Of a stretch of 64,000 nt of DNA, positions 1 to 8,280 are shown one piece after another. Made by a program: the position numbers and the translations under genes. How positions within the stretch are numbered: the stretch's first letter is position 1; each line of letters opens with the position of its first letter. Below the pieces are notes generated by a model. The model saw only the letters and a program-made list of their open reading frames with translations. It had not been told where the DNA came from and did no database searches. Source of the stretch: a virus; the IMG/VR virus record IMGVR_UViG_3300020183_000053, positions 1-64,000 of that record; one strand, written 5' to 3'.

Positions 1-592
1 CCTGCGGTGGTGCTGTGGCGGCACGGTCCAGGGCTTGGTGCGCCGCTGCGGCGCGGCGGTTTGCGGCGGCCTCGGCCTGCACGGCTGCTGCCAGCTGGGC
101 GCGGGCTGCGGACAGGTCCGCGCGCACGCTGGCCAGCTCTGTGGCCGCACCTGTCAGCTGCACCTGCAGCGTACTGGCTCCCAGCTGCGCCTGGGCAGCC
201 GCAAGCTGGGCAGCGTCGCGCTCGGCCTGTGCCGCCTGCAGGTCGGCCTGCAGCGCGTGCAGGTCAGCCTGCAGCTGCACGGCTGCGGCTGCTGCGGTGT
301 CACGCTCGCGGGTCAGCACGGGTAGCTGGCGCAGGTCGCGGGTGGCTTCGCGCAGCTGGGTGCGCAGCTGCTGCGCATCGGCTGCGGCCTGGGCTTCGGC
401 GTCGGTGGCCTTGCGCAGTGCCCACTGCGCGCTGCGCACGTCGGCCAGCAGCGCGATGAACCTGCGCTCTAAGCTCTGCAGGGCGGCGTGGTCGCTGTCT
501 TGCTCCACCGCAGCCGCCACCGCTTGCGCCACCTGCTGGTCTACCGGGATCGCGGGCTTCTTGCTTCGCTTTTTGGGCTTAGTGTCTGTCAT
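1..592 (-). CDS. Coiled-coil hypothetical protein (truncated by window edge)
   Basis: ATG at 592 (MTDTKPKKRSKKPAIPVDQQ...) with an upstream AGGAGG RBS. The A/Q/L-rich heptad frame stays open to base 1. Absent from the ORF track because its stop is outside the window. Confidence 0.7.
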   Translation of the reverse strand, partial: MTDTKPKKRSKKPAIPVDQQVAQAVAAAVEQDSDHAALQSLERRFIALLADVRSAQWALRKATDAEAQAAADAQQLRTQLREATRDLRQLPVLTRERDTAAAAAVQLQADLHALQADLQAAQAERDAAQLAAAQAQLGASTLQVQLTGAATELASVRADLSAARAQLAAAVQAEAAANRRAAAAHQALDRAATAPPQ

Positions 593-879
593 AGCAGCCT
601 CCTGCCTGGGCAGCCCAGGTCGCTGCCACCGCGCATGATGTGGTTCCCCACTGCGGTGGCCAGTGGGTTCTCGGCGCGCAGCAGTGCCTCGCAGTGCGGG
701 CCTGCAGCCCAGCGGCACGCGCACACTGCCGGGTCACGGGGTGCGCTGGGTGCGCTGGGTGCTGGTGCTGGCGCGGGCTGTGCCTGCTGGCCCACTGTGT
801 CCAGCTGCAGGCGCCGCTGCTGTAGCAGCGCCAGCAGCGGCGGCAGGTCGGCCTGCGCGCCACGCTGGGCGCGGGTCAC
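589..879 (-). CDS. Hypothetical protein
   Basis: GTG start overlaps the upstream stop. VTRAQRGAQADLPPLL...CACRW...; tightly coupled to neighbours. Confidence 0.5.
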   Translation of the reverse strand: MTRAQRGAQADLPPLLALLQQRRLQLDTVGQQAQPAPAPAPSAPSAPRDPAVCACRWAAGPHCEALLRAENPLATAVGNHIMRGGSDLGCPGRRLL

Positions 880-1187
880 GACACACCACCAGGGCGGTGC
901 AGGCGGCGCCCATCGGTGGGGCTGTCGGTGGTGTCCTCGGCGGGCTGCACTGCGGGCACGGCCACGGGTGGGTGGGCGTGCGGGTCCACCAGTGCGGCCC
1001 CCAGCACCAGCGGCAGCTGGTCCTGCGTGGCGTACACGCACAGCACCTGCCCGGCGGTTGACAGCACCCGCCAGCCTGCACCCTGCTGCAGCACCAGCAG
1101 CTGGGCGGCGCCACGCAGCAGCAGCACGTGCTCCACGCCGTGCGTGGCCCACGTGTAGGGTGGCGGTACGGTGCAGGGCGGGGTCAC
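876..1187 (-). CDS. Hypothetical protein
   Basis: GTGA overlap with the XF1762-like gene; VTPPCTVPPPYTWATHGVEHVLLL... Confidence 0.55.
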   Translation of the reverse strand: MTPPCTVPPPYTWATHGVEHVLLLRGAAQLLVLQQGAGWRVLSTAGQVLCVYATQDQLPLVLGAALVDPHAHPPVAVPAVQPAEDTTDSPTDGRRLHRPGGVS

Positions 1188-1942
1188 GGCGTGCCGCCTT
1201 GCGGGTCCGCAGCGGGTGCCGCAGGCGGGTCCGACAGTCCGGTGGCCACCAGCAGCGGCAGGGTGCACGGCCCCACCTCCCCGGCTGCCATCATCGCCGC
1301 CCCCCTACCCGGAGCTGCAGGCGCGGCGGGCACCCACCCGCGAGCGAGCGCGGCGGGCAGCGACGCGGGGCTGACCCACCGCCGCTTCGGGTCTGCGACG
1401 ACACCGAGGCGCAGCGTGCGGGTTCGCGAGGGACTCGACCACTGCCGGGGTCCGCGCCGGTCGTGCCGACTCACCACCTCAACCCACCCAGCTGCGCGCA
1501 GGCTGGTCCCGGGCTCAGTGGCGAGCGTGTACGTCACGAGGGGCTGCCCCAGCTTACGCGCCCAGCGGGCCGCTGCGCCAAGGAGTGCTGAGGCGCAGCC
1601 GGGCGGCGCGCCGTCGGGCACAATGCCGCGACTGTACTCCACCCACCCGCCGACCTGCAGTTCGCGCGCGACAGGGCGGCCAATAAGGCCCCAGGCCACC
1701 GGCCAGCGGGTGTCGCGGCGCACCACCACCAGCCCCACAAGGCCGCCCGCTACGCGCGGCAGGTGGCGGTGGTGCTCGGCGCAGCGACGGATAGCCTCGC
1801 CGACACCGATGGTGTGGACGGCGAGGCGGACGGCGCCGGGCGGCTTGTAGCGGGGGGGCGAGTCCACCACCCCGAGCGTAGCACGCGGGGCGCCGTTCAC
1901 GGTGCCTGCCAGCTTTTCCGTTTCTGACTTGCTCACTTGCAA
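1184..1942 (-). CDS. XF1762-family (Mom-like, GNAT-fold) putative DNA-modifying protein
   Basis: Motifs HHRHLP, IGRPVAR, EYSR, ASALLGAAARWA, LVTYTL.TEPGTSLRAAGW match the XF1762/Mom-like pattern. Confidence 0.75.
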   Translation of the reverse strand: MQVSKSETEKLAGTVNGAPRATLGVVDSPPRYKPPGAVRLAVHTIGVGEAIRRCAEHHRHLPRVAGGLVGLVVVRRDTRWPVAWGLIGRPVARELQVGGWVEYSRGIVPDGAPPGCASALLGAAARWARKLGQPLVTYTLATEPGTSLRAAGWVEVVSRHDRRGPRQWSSPSRTRTLRLGVVADPKRRWVSPASLPAALARGWVPAAPAAPGRGAAMMAAGEVGPCTLPLLVATGLSDPPAAPAADPQGGTP

Positions 1943-1949
1943 CCTCGTG

Positions 1950-1966
1950 TAACTGCTGCAGGGTTA
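1950..1966. promoter_or_regulatory. TAAC-N9-GTTA palindromic box (copy upstream of XF1762-like gene)
   Basis: taac tgctgcagg gtta; lacks the flanking elements seen in other copies. Confidence 0.5.
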
Positions 1967-2033
1967 CCCTACACACGCCAGCGGTGCGGCTGTGTGTAGG
2001 GTGGGCGGTGGGTGCGCGCACAGCGTCTGCGCA

Positions 2034-2549
2034 TCACTCTGCTGACGCACGCAGCTCTGCCGCCAGCATACGCCACCGGCTGAAGCCCGGTGCCGTGCGT
2101 GCACCCACCAGCGGGTCCACGTCGCCGCCGCTGGCGTAGTGGTGCGCCACCAGCTCGGCCAGGGCGGTGGCCACCCGGTCGCGGTCCAGCTGTGGCAGGT
2201 TGCGCACGTACCACTGCATGACCGCGTGCAGGTCAGGGTCCGTCATCAGCTCGGGGCGCAGCTGCATCAGCTGCACGGCGGCCACCAGCAGGGTGGCGAT
2301 GTCGCCGTGCTGCACCACGCTGCCCTGCAGCCCGCCCTGCACCAGCTGGGCGCCAGCGGGCACATACACCCGCACCTGCGGGTCCAGCCGGTACAGGCTG
2401 ACGCTGGTGTGCGCCCCGTTCAGATGCAGCAGCCCACCCACAGGCAGCCCCGCACTGTCGCGCACAGCGGGAAAGCTGAACTCCACGGTGCGGTCGTTGG
2501 GTGTGTCCTGTTGGGCGGCGGGTGGGTTCAGCTTGCACTGCGGCTTCAT
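2034..2549 (-). CDS. Hypothetical protein
   Basis: ATG with CAGGAG RBS; MKPQCKLNPPAAQQDTPNDRTVEFSF... Confidence 0.65.
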   Translation of the reverse strand: MKPQCKLNPPAAQQDTPNDRTVEFSFPAVRDSAGLPVGGLLHLNGAHTSVSLYRLDPQVRVYVPAGAQLVQGGLQGSVVQHGDIATLLVAAVQLMQLRPELMTDPDLHAVMQWYVRNLPQLDRDRVATALAELVAHHYASGGDVDPLVGARTAPGFSRWRMLAAELRASAE

Positions 2550-2551
2550 GG

Positions 2552-2773
2552 TTACTCCTGCGTGGTGGTGTGTGTGGTGGGTTCCACCGTGAACTCGTTG
2601 CGGGCGCGGTACACGAACCCGCACGGCCAGTGCGGGCTGCTGAGCCGGTACAGCTGCACGTCGCCAGCGGGCAGCTCGGTGACTTGGCAGCGCACGCTGC
2701 GGGCGTCGGCTTTGAACCAGCTGGCGAAGGTCCACACCCAGGTGCCCAGCGGCACGTGCTGGCGCCGCGTCAC
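2552..2773 (-). CDS. Hypothetical protein
   Basis: GTGA-coupled small ORF VTRRQHVPLGTWVWTFASWF... Confidence 0.5.
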   Translation of the reverse strand: MTRRQHVPLGTWVWTFASWFKADARSVRCQVTELPAGDVQLYRLSSPHWPCGFVYRARNEFTVEPTTHTTTQE

Positions 2774-3327
2774 TGGCCACCGCCTGCGCTGGGCGCGGGC
2801 AGCTGCGCGGCCACCAGCCCCTCGGCGGTGCACACGCACGCACCCAGCGCCAGCACGGTGCTGGCCTGCACGGGCGCGCTGTCCGCCCCATACACGTGCG
2901 CCGGGCGCACCACCACCAGCTGCCCACCACCACCGCCCAGGCTGCCCAGCACCGCGCCCTCACGCAGTGCTGCGTGCACCTGCGCAAGCTCACGCACCGC
3001 TTGCACCTCGTACAGCTGCGGCAGCTGGGTGGCTGGCGCGTCTGCGCCCGCTTGCGGTTGCGTGAGGCGCTGCACGTGCAGCCGGGACAGCGCAGCCTCT
3101 GCCTCTTGCAGCTGGTCGTGGGCACGGTTGATTTCGTCCGTTGCCTCGGCAAGCTCGGCACGCAGCTGGGCGAGCTGTGCCTGCAGCTGCTCGGTGTAGT
3201 GGCGCTCCAGCGCACGGTGCACACTGGTGGCAGACACGCTGAACCGCTGCACACCGGACGCGCACGCTGTCTGCAGCACCCACGGCACGAGATCGGGGTG
3301 CGCACGCTCTACCCTTTGACGGCCCAT
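2770..3327 (-). CDS. Hypothetical protein with coiled coil
   Basis: 185 aa, GGAGG RBS; first gene after the large non-coding region. Confidence 0.65.
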   Translation of the reverse strand: MGRQRVERAHPDLVPWVLQTACASGVQRFSVSATSVHRALERHYTEQLQAQLAQLRAELAEATDEINRAHDQLQEAEAALSRLHVQRLTQPQAGADAPATQLPQLYEVQAVRELAQVHAALREGAVLGSLGGGGGQLVVVRPAHVYGADSAPVQASTVLALGACVCTAEGLVAAQLPAPSAGGGQ

Positions 3328-3371
3328 CGGAACCTCCTGCTGGCGGGCTGCGCCTTGCGCCCTGCATGTGC

Positions 3372-3402
3372 TGTAGTAGGCAGCCGCACACTAACCCGCA
3401 CA
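3372..3402 (-). promoter_or_regulatory. 31-bp repeated upstream element (copy 1; copy 2 at 24720-24750)
   Basis: tgtagtaggcagcc-gca-cactaacccgcaca; 29/31 identical to 24720-24750. Both copies lie just upstream of a minus-strand RBS. Confidence 0.65.
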
Positions 3403-3555
3403 GCGTACCACTACACCACAGGCATCAAGCTGAAAACCCGTGCAGCAGCCGGTGCAGGTGGGCGCAGGTGCGGCTGCATCACTGCGCGGGTGCTGTGGTG
3501 CGGGTAGAAAAAAAACCGCTACGCAGGCTGCGCGGGTGGTGTGGGAAAAATGTGC

Positions 3556-3629
3556 GGGGGGCCATGTGGCCGCCCCCCCTGCCGCCGGGCCTGTTCACGG
3601 GGTACCCCCCCCCTACGGGGTACCCCGTA
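3556..3629. repeat. G/C-run hairpin, direct repeat ACGGGGTACCCC and 16-bp palindrome TACGGGGTACCCCGTA (candidate genome end/packaging site)
   Basis: ACGGGGTACCCC at 3597-3608 and 3615-3626; perfect palindrome at 3614-3629; GGGGGG..CCCCCC hairpin at 3556-3579; all within ~1 kb lacking credible genes. Confidence 0.5.
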
Positions 3630-4340
3630 TGCCGCACCCCGACGCCCAGGATGTCGTGCTGCACGCTATTCCCACGCAGCAGGCAGCGCACGGCGCGCTG
3701 TGCTGGGTGCGGGCTGGGTGCAGCGCGGCCTGCCACCCGTACAGGCGGGCACCCGCCTGCACACCCAGACGCTGCGCGGGTGGGTGCGCCGCAGGGTGCG
3801 CAGCTGCGCGCCACAGGCGGGACCGCTGTGGGGCCGCTGTGGGGCCGCTGGTGCCTCCACAGGCGCGCGCAGCCGTCAGCCGCACCCTGTGCCGCCCACC
3901 TGCCCCGCGCGCGCCTGTGGAGCCTGTAGGCCGACTGTGGGGCAGGCTGCTATGGGCTGCTGGGCAGCCTGCTGCACCCTCGCCCGCCATGCGCTGCACC
4001 CACCCCTCCTCACCACCCCACCACCACCGCAGCACAGCCCCTGCCACGATGCGCCTGCATCCTGCGCTCTGGTGCCCACCAGCACCCCACGCGCTGGGCA
4101 CGCTGCACGTGCTGCGCGGGTGAGCAGCACAGGGTGCGCAGCTGGGCACAGTGGGGCGCAGCTGCAGCGCGGCCCGACCGGCTGGCACCAGCCCGCGAAG
4201 CGGGCTGCAGTGCCCAGCTGTGCGCCGATTGCGGCTCACCCAGGCCCGCGACACTGGGCGCCCGGCTGCGCACCTGCGGCTGGGCCTGCGCGGGTGGTGG
4301 GCCGCACTGTGTGCCAGCTGCGCGGGTGCCGCCGAGATGG

Positions 4341-4371
4341 TAAAGCCCCGCTCGGCTGAACCGGCGGGGCT
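4341..4371 (-). terminator. Putative intrinsic terminator
   Basis: AGCCCCGC/GCGGGGCT stem followed by a short TTTA on the minus strand, just after the stop of 4396..4941. Confidence 0.5.
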
Positions 4372-4395
4372 GTGGGGCTGGTGGCGCTGGATCTG

Positions 4396-4941
4396 TCAGG
4401 CGGCGACGGACAGCACCAGGGTGAAGCCGTCCGCGCTCTTGGTGGTGCTCACCCGGAGGCCAGCGCGGGCGGCGGCCTTGCCGCCAGGGTTGCACGGCGC
4501 CCAGTAGGCGCGGTGAGCCACGCTGCTGGTGGCGAAGCCGAGCGCCATCCGGTCGGCCACGGTGAGAACAGCCACGCCGCTGCCGGCCGTCAGCTGGGCC
4601 AGGGTTGCCGCCATGCTGGCGATGGTGGTGCGGGTGCTGGTGGTGCTGGTCGTCTGGCCAGCCTCGACAGCGGCGCGGGCGGCCTCGGCGCGGTCAGCCT
4701 CCAGCTGCTGCTCGGCGGCGGTGATGGTGTTCGGGGTCACGGGCGCCTCGTATCCGGCATCGCGCAGGGCCTTCACGCGGTCGGCGTAGATGGCGAGGTC
4801 GGCCTTCTTCCAGCCGTCGAAGCGCATGGCGCTGGGCACGCCCGCGATCGCGTTCATGCTGGTCAGGGCGAACTTGATGTCCTCGGTGGTGGCGGTGGCG
4901 ATGGTGGACACGGTGGCGAAGGCGAAGGTGAGCTTGGTCAT
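4396..4941 (-). CDS. Early-type hypothetical protein, paralogue A (HRAYWAPCNPGGK C-terminal domain)
   Basis: MTKLTFAFAT...; GCAGGA RBS; C-terminal ~60 aa homologous to 5186..5776. Confidence 0.8.
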   Translation of the reverse strand: MTKLTFAFATVSTIATATTEDIKFALTSMNAIAGVPSAMRFDGWKKADLAIYADRVKALRDAGYEAPVTPNTITAAEQQLEADRAEAARAAVEAGQTTSTTSTRTTIASMAATLAQLTAGSGVAVLTVADRMALGFATSSVAHRAYWAPCNPGGKAAARAGLRVSTTKSADGFTLVLSVAA

Positions 4942-4995
4942 GGTGGTCGTCCTGCGTGGTGGTGGGCAGCTGCCCGTCTGCTGACACCATCGGTG

Positions 4996-5012
4996 TAACA
5001 CGAGCACGGTTA
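4996..5012. promoter_or_regulatory. TAAC-N9-GTTA box in conserved promoter cassette
   Basis: gctgacacca...taac acgagcacg gtta gacgcgcaa. Confidence 0.8.
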
Positions 5013-5127
5013 GACGCGCAACGAACTTTCTGCTCGCGGCGTGAAGATTGTTGAGAACCGCCGCCACCACGCGCACAGCAGCAGCTGGGCGCGGCCCCTG
5101 GGCGCTCCAGCTGTCCCCACACGTGCG

Positions 5128-5159
5128 AGCGCCCCGCGAGGCGAGGCCAGCGGGGCGCT
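5128..5159 (-). terminator. Putative hairpin terminator
   Basis: 10-bp stem AGCGCCCCGC/GCGGGGCGCT downstream of 5186..5776; no strong U tract. Confidence 0.4.
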
Positions 5160-5185
5160 GCTGCAGTGCGGCGTGGCGAGGGGCG

Positions 5186-5776
5186 TCAGGCCGCCCGCAC
5201 CAGCACCACGTCGAACCCGTCCTCAGACTTGGCGCTGCGCACGGTCAGCCCAGCCAGGGCTGCCGCCTTGCCGCCAGGGTTGCAGGGTGCCCAGTATGCC
5301 CGGTGAACCACGGCGCTGTTTGGCAGGCCCATCGCAAGGCGATCGGCCACGGTGAGCACGGTGATGCTGTAGACCGCCAGGGAGCGCAGCTCGGTGGCGA
5401 AGTCACCCACGCTGGACCGGGTGCGGGTGGTGGTGTCGCCGGTGGCGGCCTTGCGGGTACGGGTGGTGGTGCGCGTGGCCGCAGCCACCTGCGCCTCCAC
5501 CTGCGCCAGCAGCTCCGCAGCCGACAGCGCGGCGGCGGCGGCCTCGGCCTCGGCAGCCACGCGGGCGGCCTCGGCAGCGGCGCGCTCGTCGGCCACCTGC
5601 TGCTCGGCGGCGGCGGTGAGCATCGCGTCGATCGCAACGCGCAACGCGGTGGCCTTGTCGAGCAAGCTGCGGTCAACGGCCACGCCCTGCTCGGTGCAGA
5701 GCGCGCGGTAGGCGGTGCGCAGGGCAGCGCGGTCGAAGGTGGCGATGGTGGCAGTGGTCAGGGTGGTGGTGGTCAT
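5186..5776 (-). CDS. Early-type hypothetical protein, paralogue B (HRAYWAPCNPGGK C-terminal domain)
   Basis: MTTTTLTTAT...; CAGGAG RBS; shares VLTVADR.A.G...HRAYWAPCNPGGKAAA.AGL.V...KS.DGF with paralogue A. Confidence 0.8.
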   Translation of the reverse strand: MTTTTLTTATIATFDRAALRTAYRALCTEQGVAVDRSLLDKATALRVAIDAMLTAAAEQQVADERAAAEAARVAAEAEAAAAALSAAELLAQVEAQVAAATRTTTRTRKAATGDTTTRTRSSVGDFATELRSLAVYSITVLTVADRLAMGLPNSAVVHRAYWAPCNPGGKAAALAGLTVRSAKSEDGFDVVLVRAA

Positions 5777-5834
5777 TGTGGTCTTGCTCCTGCGGGGTGG
5801 TGGGCGGTGCGCCCGTCTGCTGACACCACCTATA

Positions 5835-5851
5835 TAACACCGTGGCAGTTA
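5835..5851. promoter_or_regulatory. TAAC-N9-GTTA box in conserved promoter cassette
   Basis: taac accgtggca gtta gacacgcaa; 5811-5890 is near-duplicate of 4972-5050. Confidence 0.8.
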
Positions 5852-6055
5852 GACACGCAACGAACTTTCTGCTCGCTTGCGAAAGATTTTTCAGATGCCG
5901 CACACGCACTGCGTTCTGGCGCTGCACCTGCTGCGCAGCAGCACCCCACACGCAGCAGCGCCCGCGCAGCACGGGCTGGCGGGCGCGGGCGATGCTCCCC
6001 GAACGCTGCGAGGCCCGCCGAGCTGGGCAGCTGGGCGGGCCTCCCATGCCAGCGT

Positions 6056-6349
6056 TCAGGCTGGCCACTCTGCCAGCGTGGCGCTGTACCACCGCGCCGG
6101 GCTGCTGTGGGTGCCAGCGCCCTCGGCCAGCACCAGCTCGGCGCGCAGCCGTGCGGGCCGACCGGGCGCGCGTGGTGCTGGGCGCAGGTAGACCGCAGCG
6201 GCCCGCCAGCCGGGCGCCCAGCCTGCTGCGTTCGCCAGCAGCTGGCAGCAGCCCACGCTGGCAGGCAGCCCAGGGTGCGGGCGAACGGTGGCGGCCATCG
6301 CCATCTGGCGCAGCTGCGCCACGGTGGGCTGGGTGGTGGTGCTGGTCAT
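6056..6349 (-). CDS. Hypothetical protein
   Basis: MTSTTTQPTVAQLRQM..., CAGGAG RBS. Confidence 0.55.
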   Translation of the reverse strand: MTSTTTQPTVAQLRQMAMAATVRPHPGLPASVGCCQLLANAAGWAPGWRAAAVYLRPAPRAPGRPARLRAELVLAEGAGTHSSPARWYSATLAEWPA

Positions 6350-6378
6350 TGTGCGCTCCTGCGGGGTGGTGGTGGCCA

Positions 6379-6642
6379 TCACGCCACCGTCTTGCGACCG
6401 TCGTGGAAGCCACGCATCCACTCACTGTGATTCTCGCGGGTGGCGGCACAGTACGCGATCCAGTCGTTGTCGTCCCGTCCCCACGAGATGTCGGGGTTGC
6501 ATACCCAGGGGCCACCGGGCACGTAGCTCTCAGTCCAGCGGCGGCCAGTGGCCTTGCCGCTCTCGTAGGACGCCGTCGCAGTGGGAATGCCGCGATTCAG
6601 GTCGTTGGCGGGGTAGGCTCCGAAGCGGCGGGTGGTGGTCAT
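6379..6642 (-). CDS. Small hypothetical protein
   Basis: MTTTRRFGAYPANDLNRG...EWMRGFHDGRKTVA; duplicated RBS/start gives an alternative start at 6669. Confidence 0.7.
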   Translation of the reverse strand: MTTTRRFGAYPANDLNRGIPTATASYESGKATGRRWTESYVPGGPWVCNPDISWGRDDNDWIAYCAATRENHSEWMRGFHDGRKTVA

Positions 6643-6690
6643 CGTGTGCTCCTGCTGGGTGGTGGTCATCGTGTGCTCCTGCTGGGTGGT
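6631..6690. repeat. 27-bp tandem duplication of RBS plus start codon
   Basis: ggtggtggtcatcgtgtgctcctgctg twice (6631-6657, 6658-6684) plus a partial third copy. Confidence 0.9.
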
Positions 6691-6717
6691 GTGCGTCTGC
6701 TGCTGACACCACAGGTG

Positions 6718-6734
6718 TAACACTGTCGCGGTTA
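6718..6734. promoter_or_regulatory. TAAC-N9-GTTA box
   Basis: gctgacaccac...taac actgtcgcg gtta gggccgcaag. Confidence 0.8.
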
Positions 6735-6908
6735 GGGCCGCAAGCGTTTTTCTGCATGACGTGCAAAGATTGTGCAGGCGCTGCACCAGCACGGCGTTCT
6801 GCCGCAGGCCGCCAGCAGCGCGCGCAGCGCCACCCGCGCGCCGCTGTGGCGCACGCCAGCGGTGGCCAGCACAGCGGCGCGATAGCCTGGGTGCACCCTG
6901 GAGGCCCC

Positions 6909-7337
6909 ATGACACCGCTCGCCGCCCTGCTGAACCTGTGGGCGCACCTGCGCGCCGCCCATCACGTCTACTGGACCCTGCACTGGCAGGCCCGTGGCCC
7001 CTCGTTCTACGCCGACCACCAGCTGTTCGGCGGCCTGTACGAAGCTCGCGTCGAAGAGATTGATCACGTGGCCGAGCTGATCGCCGGGCACCACGGCGCC
7101 GACAAGCTGGACCCGCTCGCAGCCTGGACCGCTGCCATCCCGGTGGTCGAGGCCATGCTCGCGGGCAGCAGCCCGGTGGTGGTGGCGCAGCTGGTGGTGG
7201 CGGCAGCAGAGGCCGCGAACACCGCCTGTGCAGGTGCACCTGCACCCGCCAGCACGCAGAACGTGGTGGCCGACATCGGCAGCGCGCACGTGAGGGCGCT
7301 GTACCTGCTCCAGCAGCGGTTCGGGCGCGGCGGGTAG
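6909..7337 (+). CDS. Dps/ferritin-like protein
   Basis: GGAGG RBS; H..YW.LHW..RGPSFYADHQLF..LYE....EIDHVAE resembles the Dps ferroxidase signature. Confidence 0.75.
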   Translation: MTPLAALLNLWAHLRAAHHVYWTLHWQARGPSFYADHQLFGGLYEARVEEIDHVAELIAGHHGADKLDPLAAWTAAIPVVEAMLAGSSPVVVAQLVVAAAEAANTACAGAPAPASTQNVVADIGSAHVRALYLLQQRFGRGG

Positions 7338-7380
7338 CCCAGGCGGCGCGCTGGGCGCCGCGCCGAGCCAGCGCCTGCGG

Positions 7381-7617
7381 TCAGTAGCCGCGCCGCTCAG
7401 TGGCGCGCTGGGCGCGCTCGGCCTTGCGCTGCAGCTGCATCATGCGGGCCAGCCCGGCGTCCTCGGTGGTGTCGGCCTGCTCGGCGGGCAGTGCGGCCAG
7501 CTGCGCCTGCAGCGCGGCCAGCCGCTCCCTGCGGCCAGCCGCGAACGCGCTGGTGGCGTCCCGCTCCAGGCGGCGCTGCAGGTCTGCGATCTCGGCGGTG
7601 ATGATGGTGCGGTTCAT
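7381..7617 (-). CDS. Small helical hypothetical protein
   Basis: MNRTIITAEIADLQRRLE..., CAGGAG RBS. Confidence 0.7.
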   Translation of the reverse strand: MNRTIITAEIADLQRRLERDATSAFAAGRRERLAALQAQLAALPAEQADTTEDAGLARMMQLQRKAERAQRATERRGY

Positions 7618-7665
7618 GGTGTGCTCCTGCTGGGTGGTGTGCGACTGCTGCTCTCACCACCTGTG

Positions 7666-7682
7666 TAACACGGGAGCGGTTA
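7666..7682. promoter_or_regulatory. TAAC-N9-GTTA box
   Basis: taac acgggagcg gtta; the flank cacctaacttttctcaaagaaagttcag is shared with the 8199 copy. Confidence 0.8.
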
Positions 7683-7858
7683 TGCACACAAGGTGGGCAC
7701 CTAACTTTTCTCAAAGAAAGTTCAGAGCACCCACCAGCACGGTGCTTTCAGTGGCCGCCCACTGCAGCAGCGGTTCGGTCGCGCGGCACAGTGGCCCCAC
7801 AGCAGCACAGCCCGCGCAGCTGGTGCTGGCGGGCTGTGCGAGCAGCGCCTGCTGCCTG

Positions 7859-8146
7859 TCAGGCGCTGCAGCCGCGACGCTGGCCGTCGCTGCGGTGCTG
7901 GTACAGCGGCAGGCCCCGATGCGCGAGCAGCATGGCGCCGGACGCGACCGGCTCCTTGGCGCCGAACACCAGCACAGGCTGCAGCCGCCCGTCCGGCAGC
8001 GTGACCACGTCGAGGTTGCCGCGCAGGTCGTGCGCGTCGATGTCGGCGTCCCACTTGGCGAGTGCGGCGCGCAGGGTGCGCTCGTTGGCGTAGCCCTTGA
8101 AGTTCGGGGCGAGGAAGGCGATGACGTTGGCGGTGAGCATGGACAC
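7859..8146 (-). CDS. Hypothetical protein
   Basis: MSMLTANVIAFLAPNFKGYANERTL..., CAGGAG RBS. Confidence 0.7.
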   Translation of the reverse strand: MSMLTANVIAFLAPNFKGYANERTLRAALAKWDADIDAHDLRGNLDVVTLPDGRLQPVLVFGAKEPVASGAMLLAHRGLPLYQHRSDGQRRGCSA

Positions 8147-8198
8147 GGTGAACTCCTGCGTGGTGTGTGGGCGCAGCGCCCTGCTGACACCACGGGTC

Positions 8199-8215
8199 TA
8201 ACGCTGTCGCGGTTA
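8199..8215. promoter_or_regulatory. TAAC-N9-GTTA box
   Basis: gctgacaccac...taac gctgtcgcg gtta cacccacaag. Confidence 0.8.
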
Positions 8216-8280
8216 CACCCACAAGGTAGACACCTAACTTTTCTCAAAGAAAGTTCAGCACACGCACCAGCACGGCGTTT

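Noticed and set aside
3366-4359. Overlapping ORFs in the 3.3-4.4 kb gap
   Set aside because: No RBS, no codon bias and no recognisable motifs in any frame; treated as non-coding.
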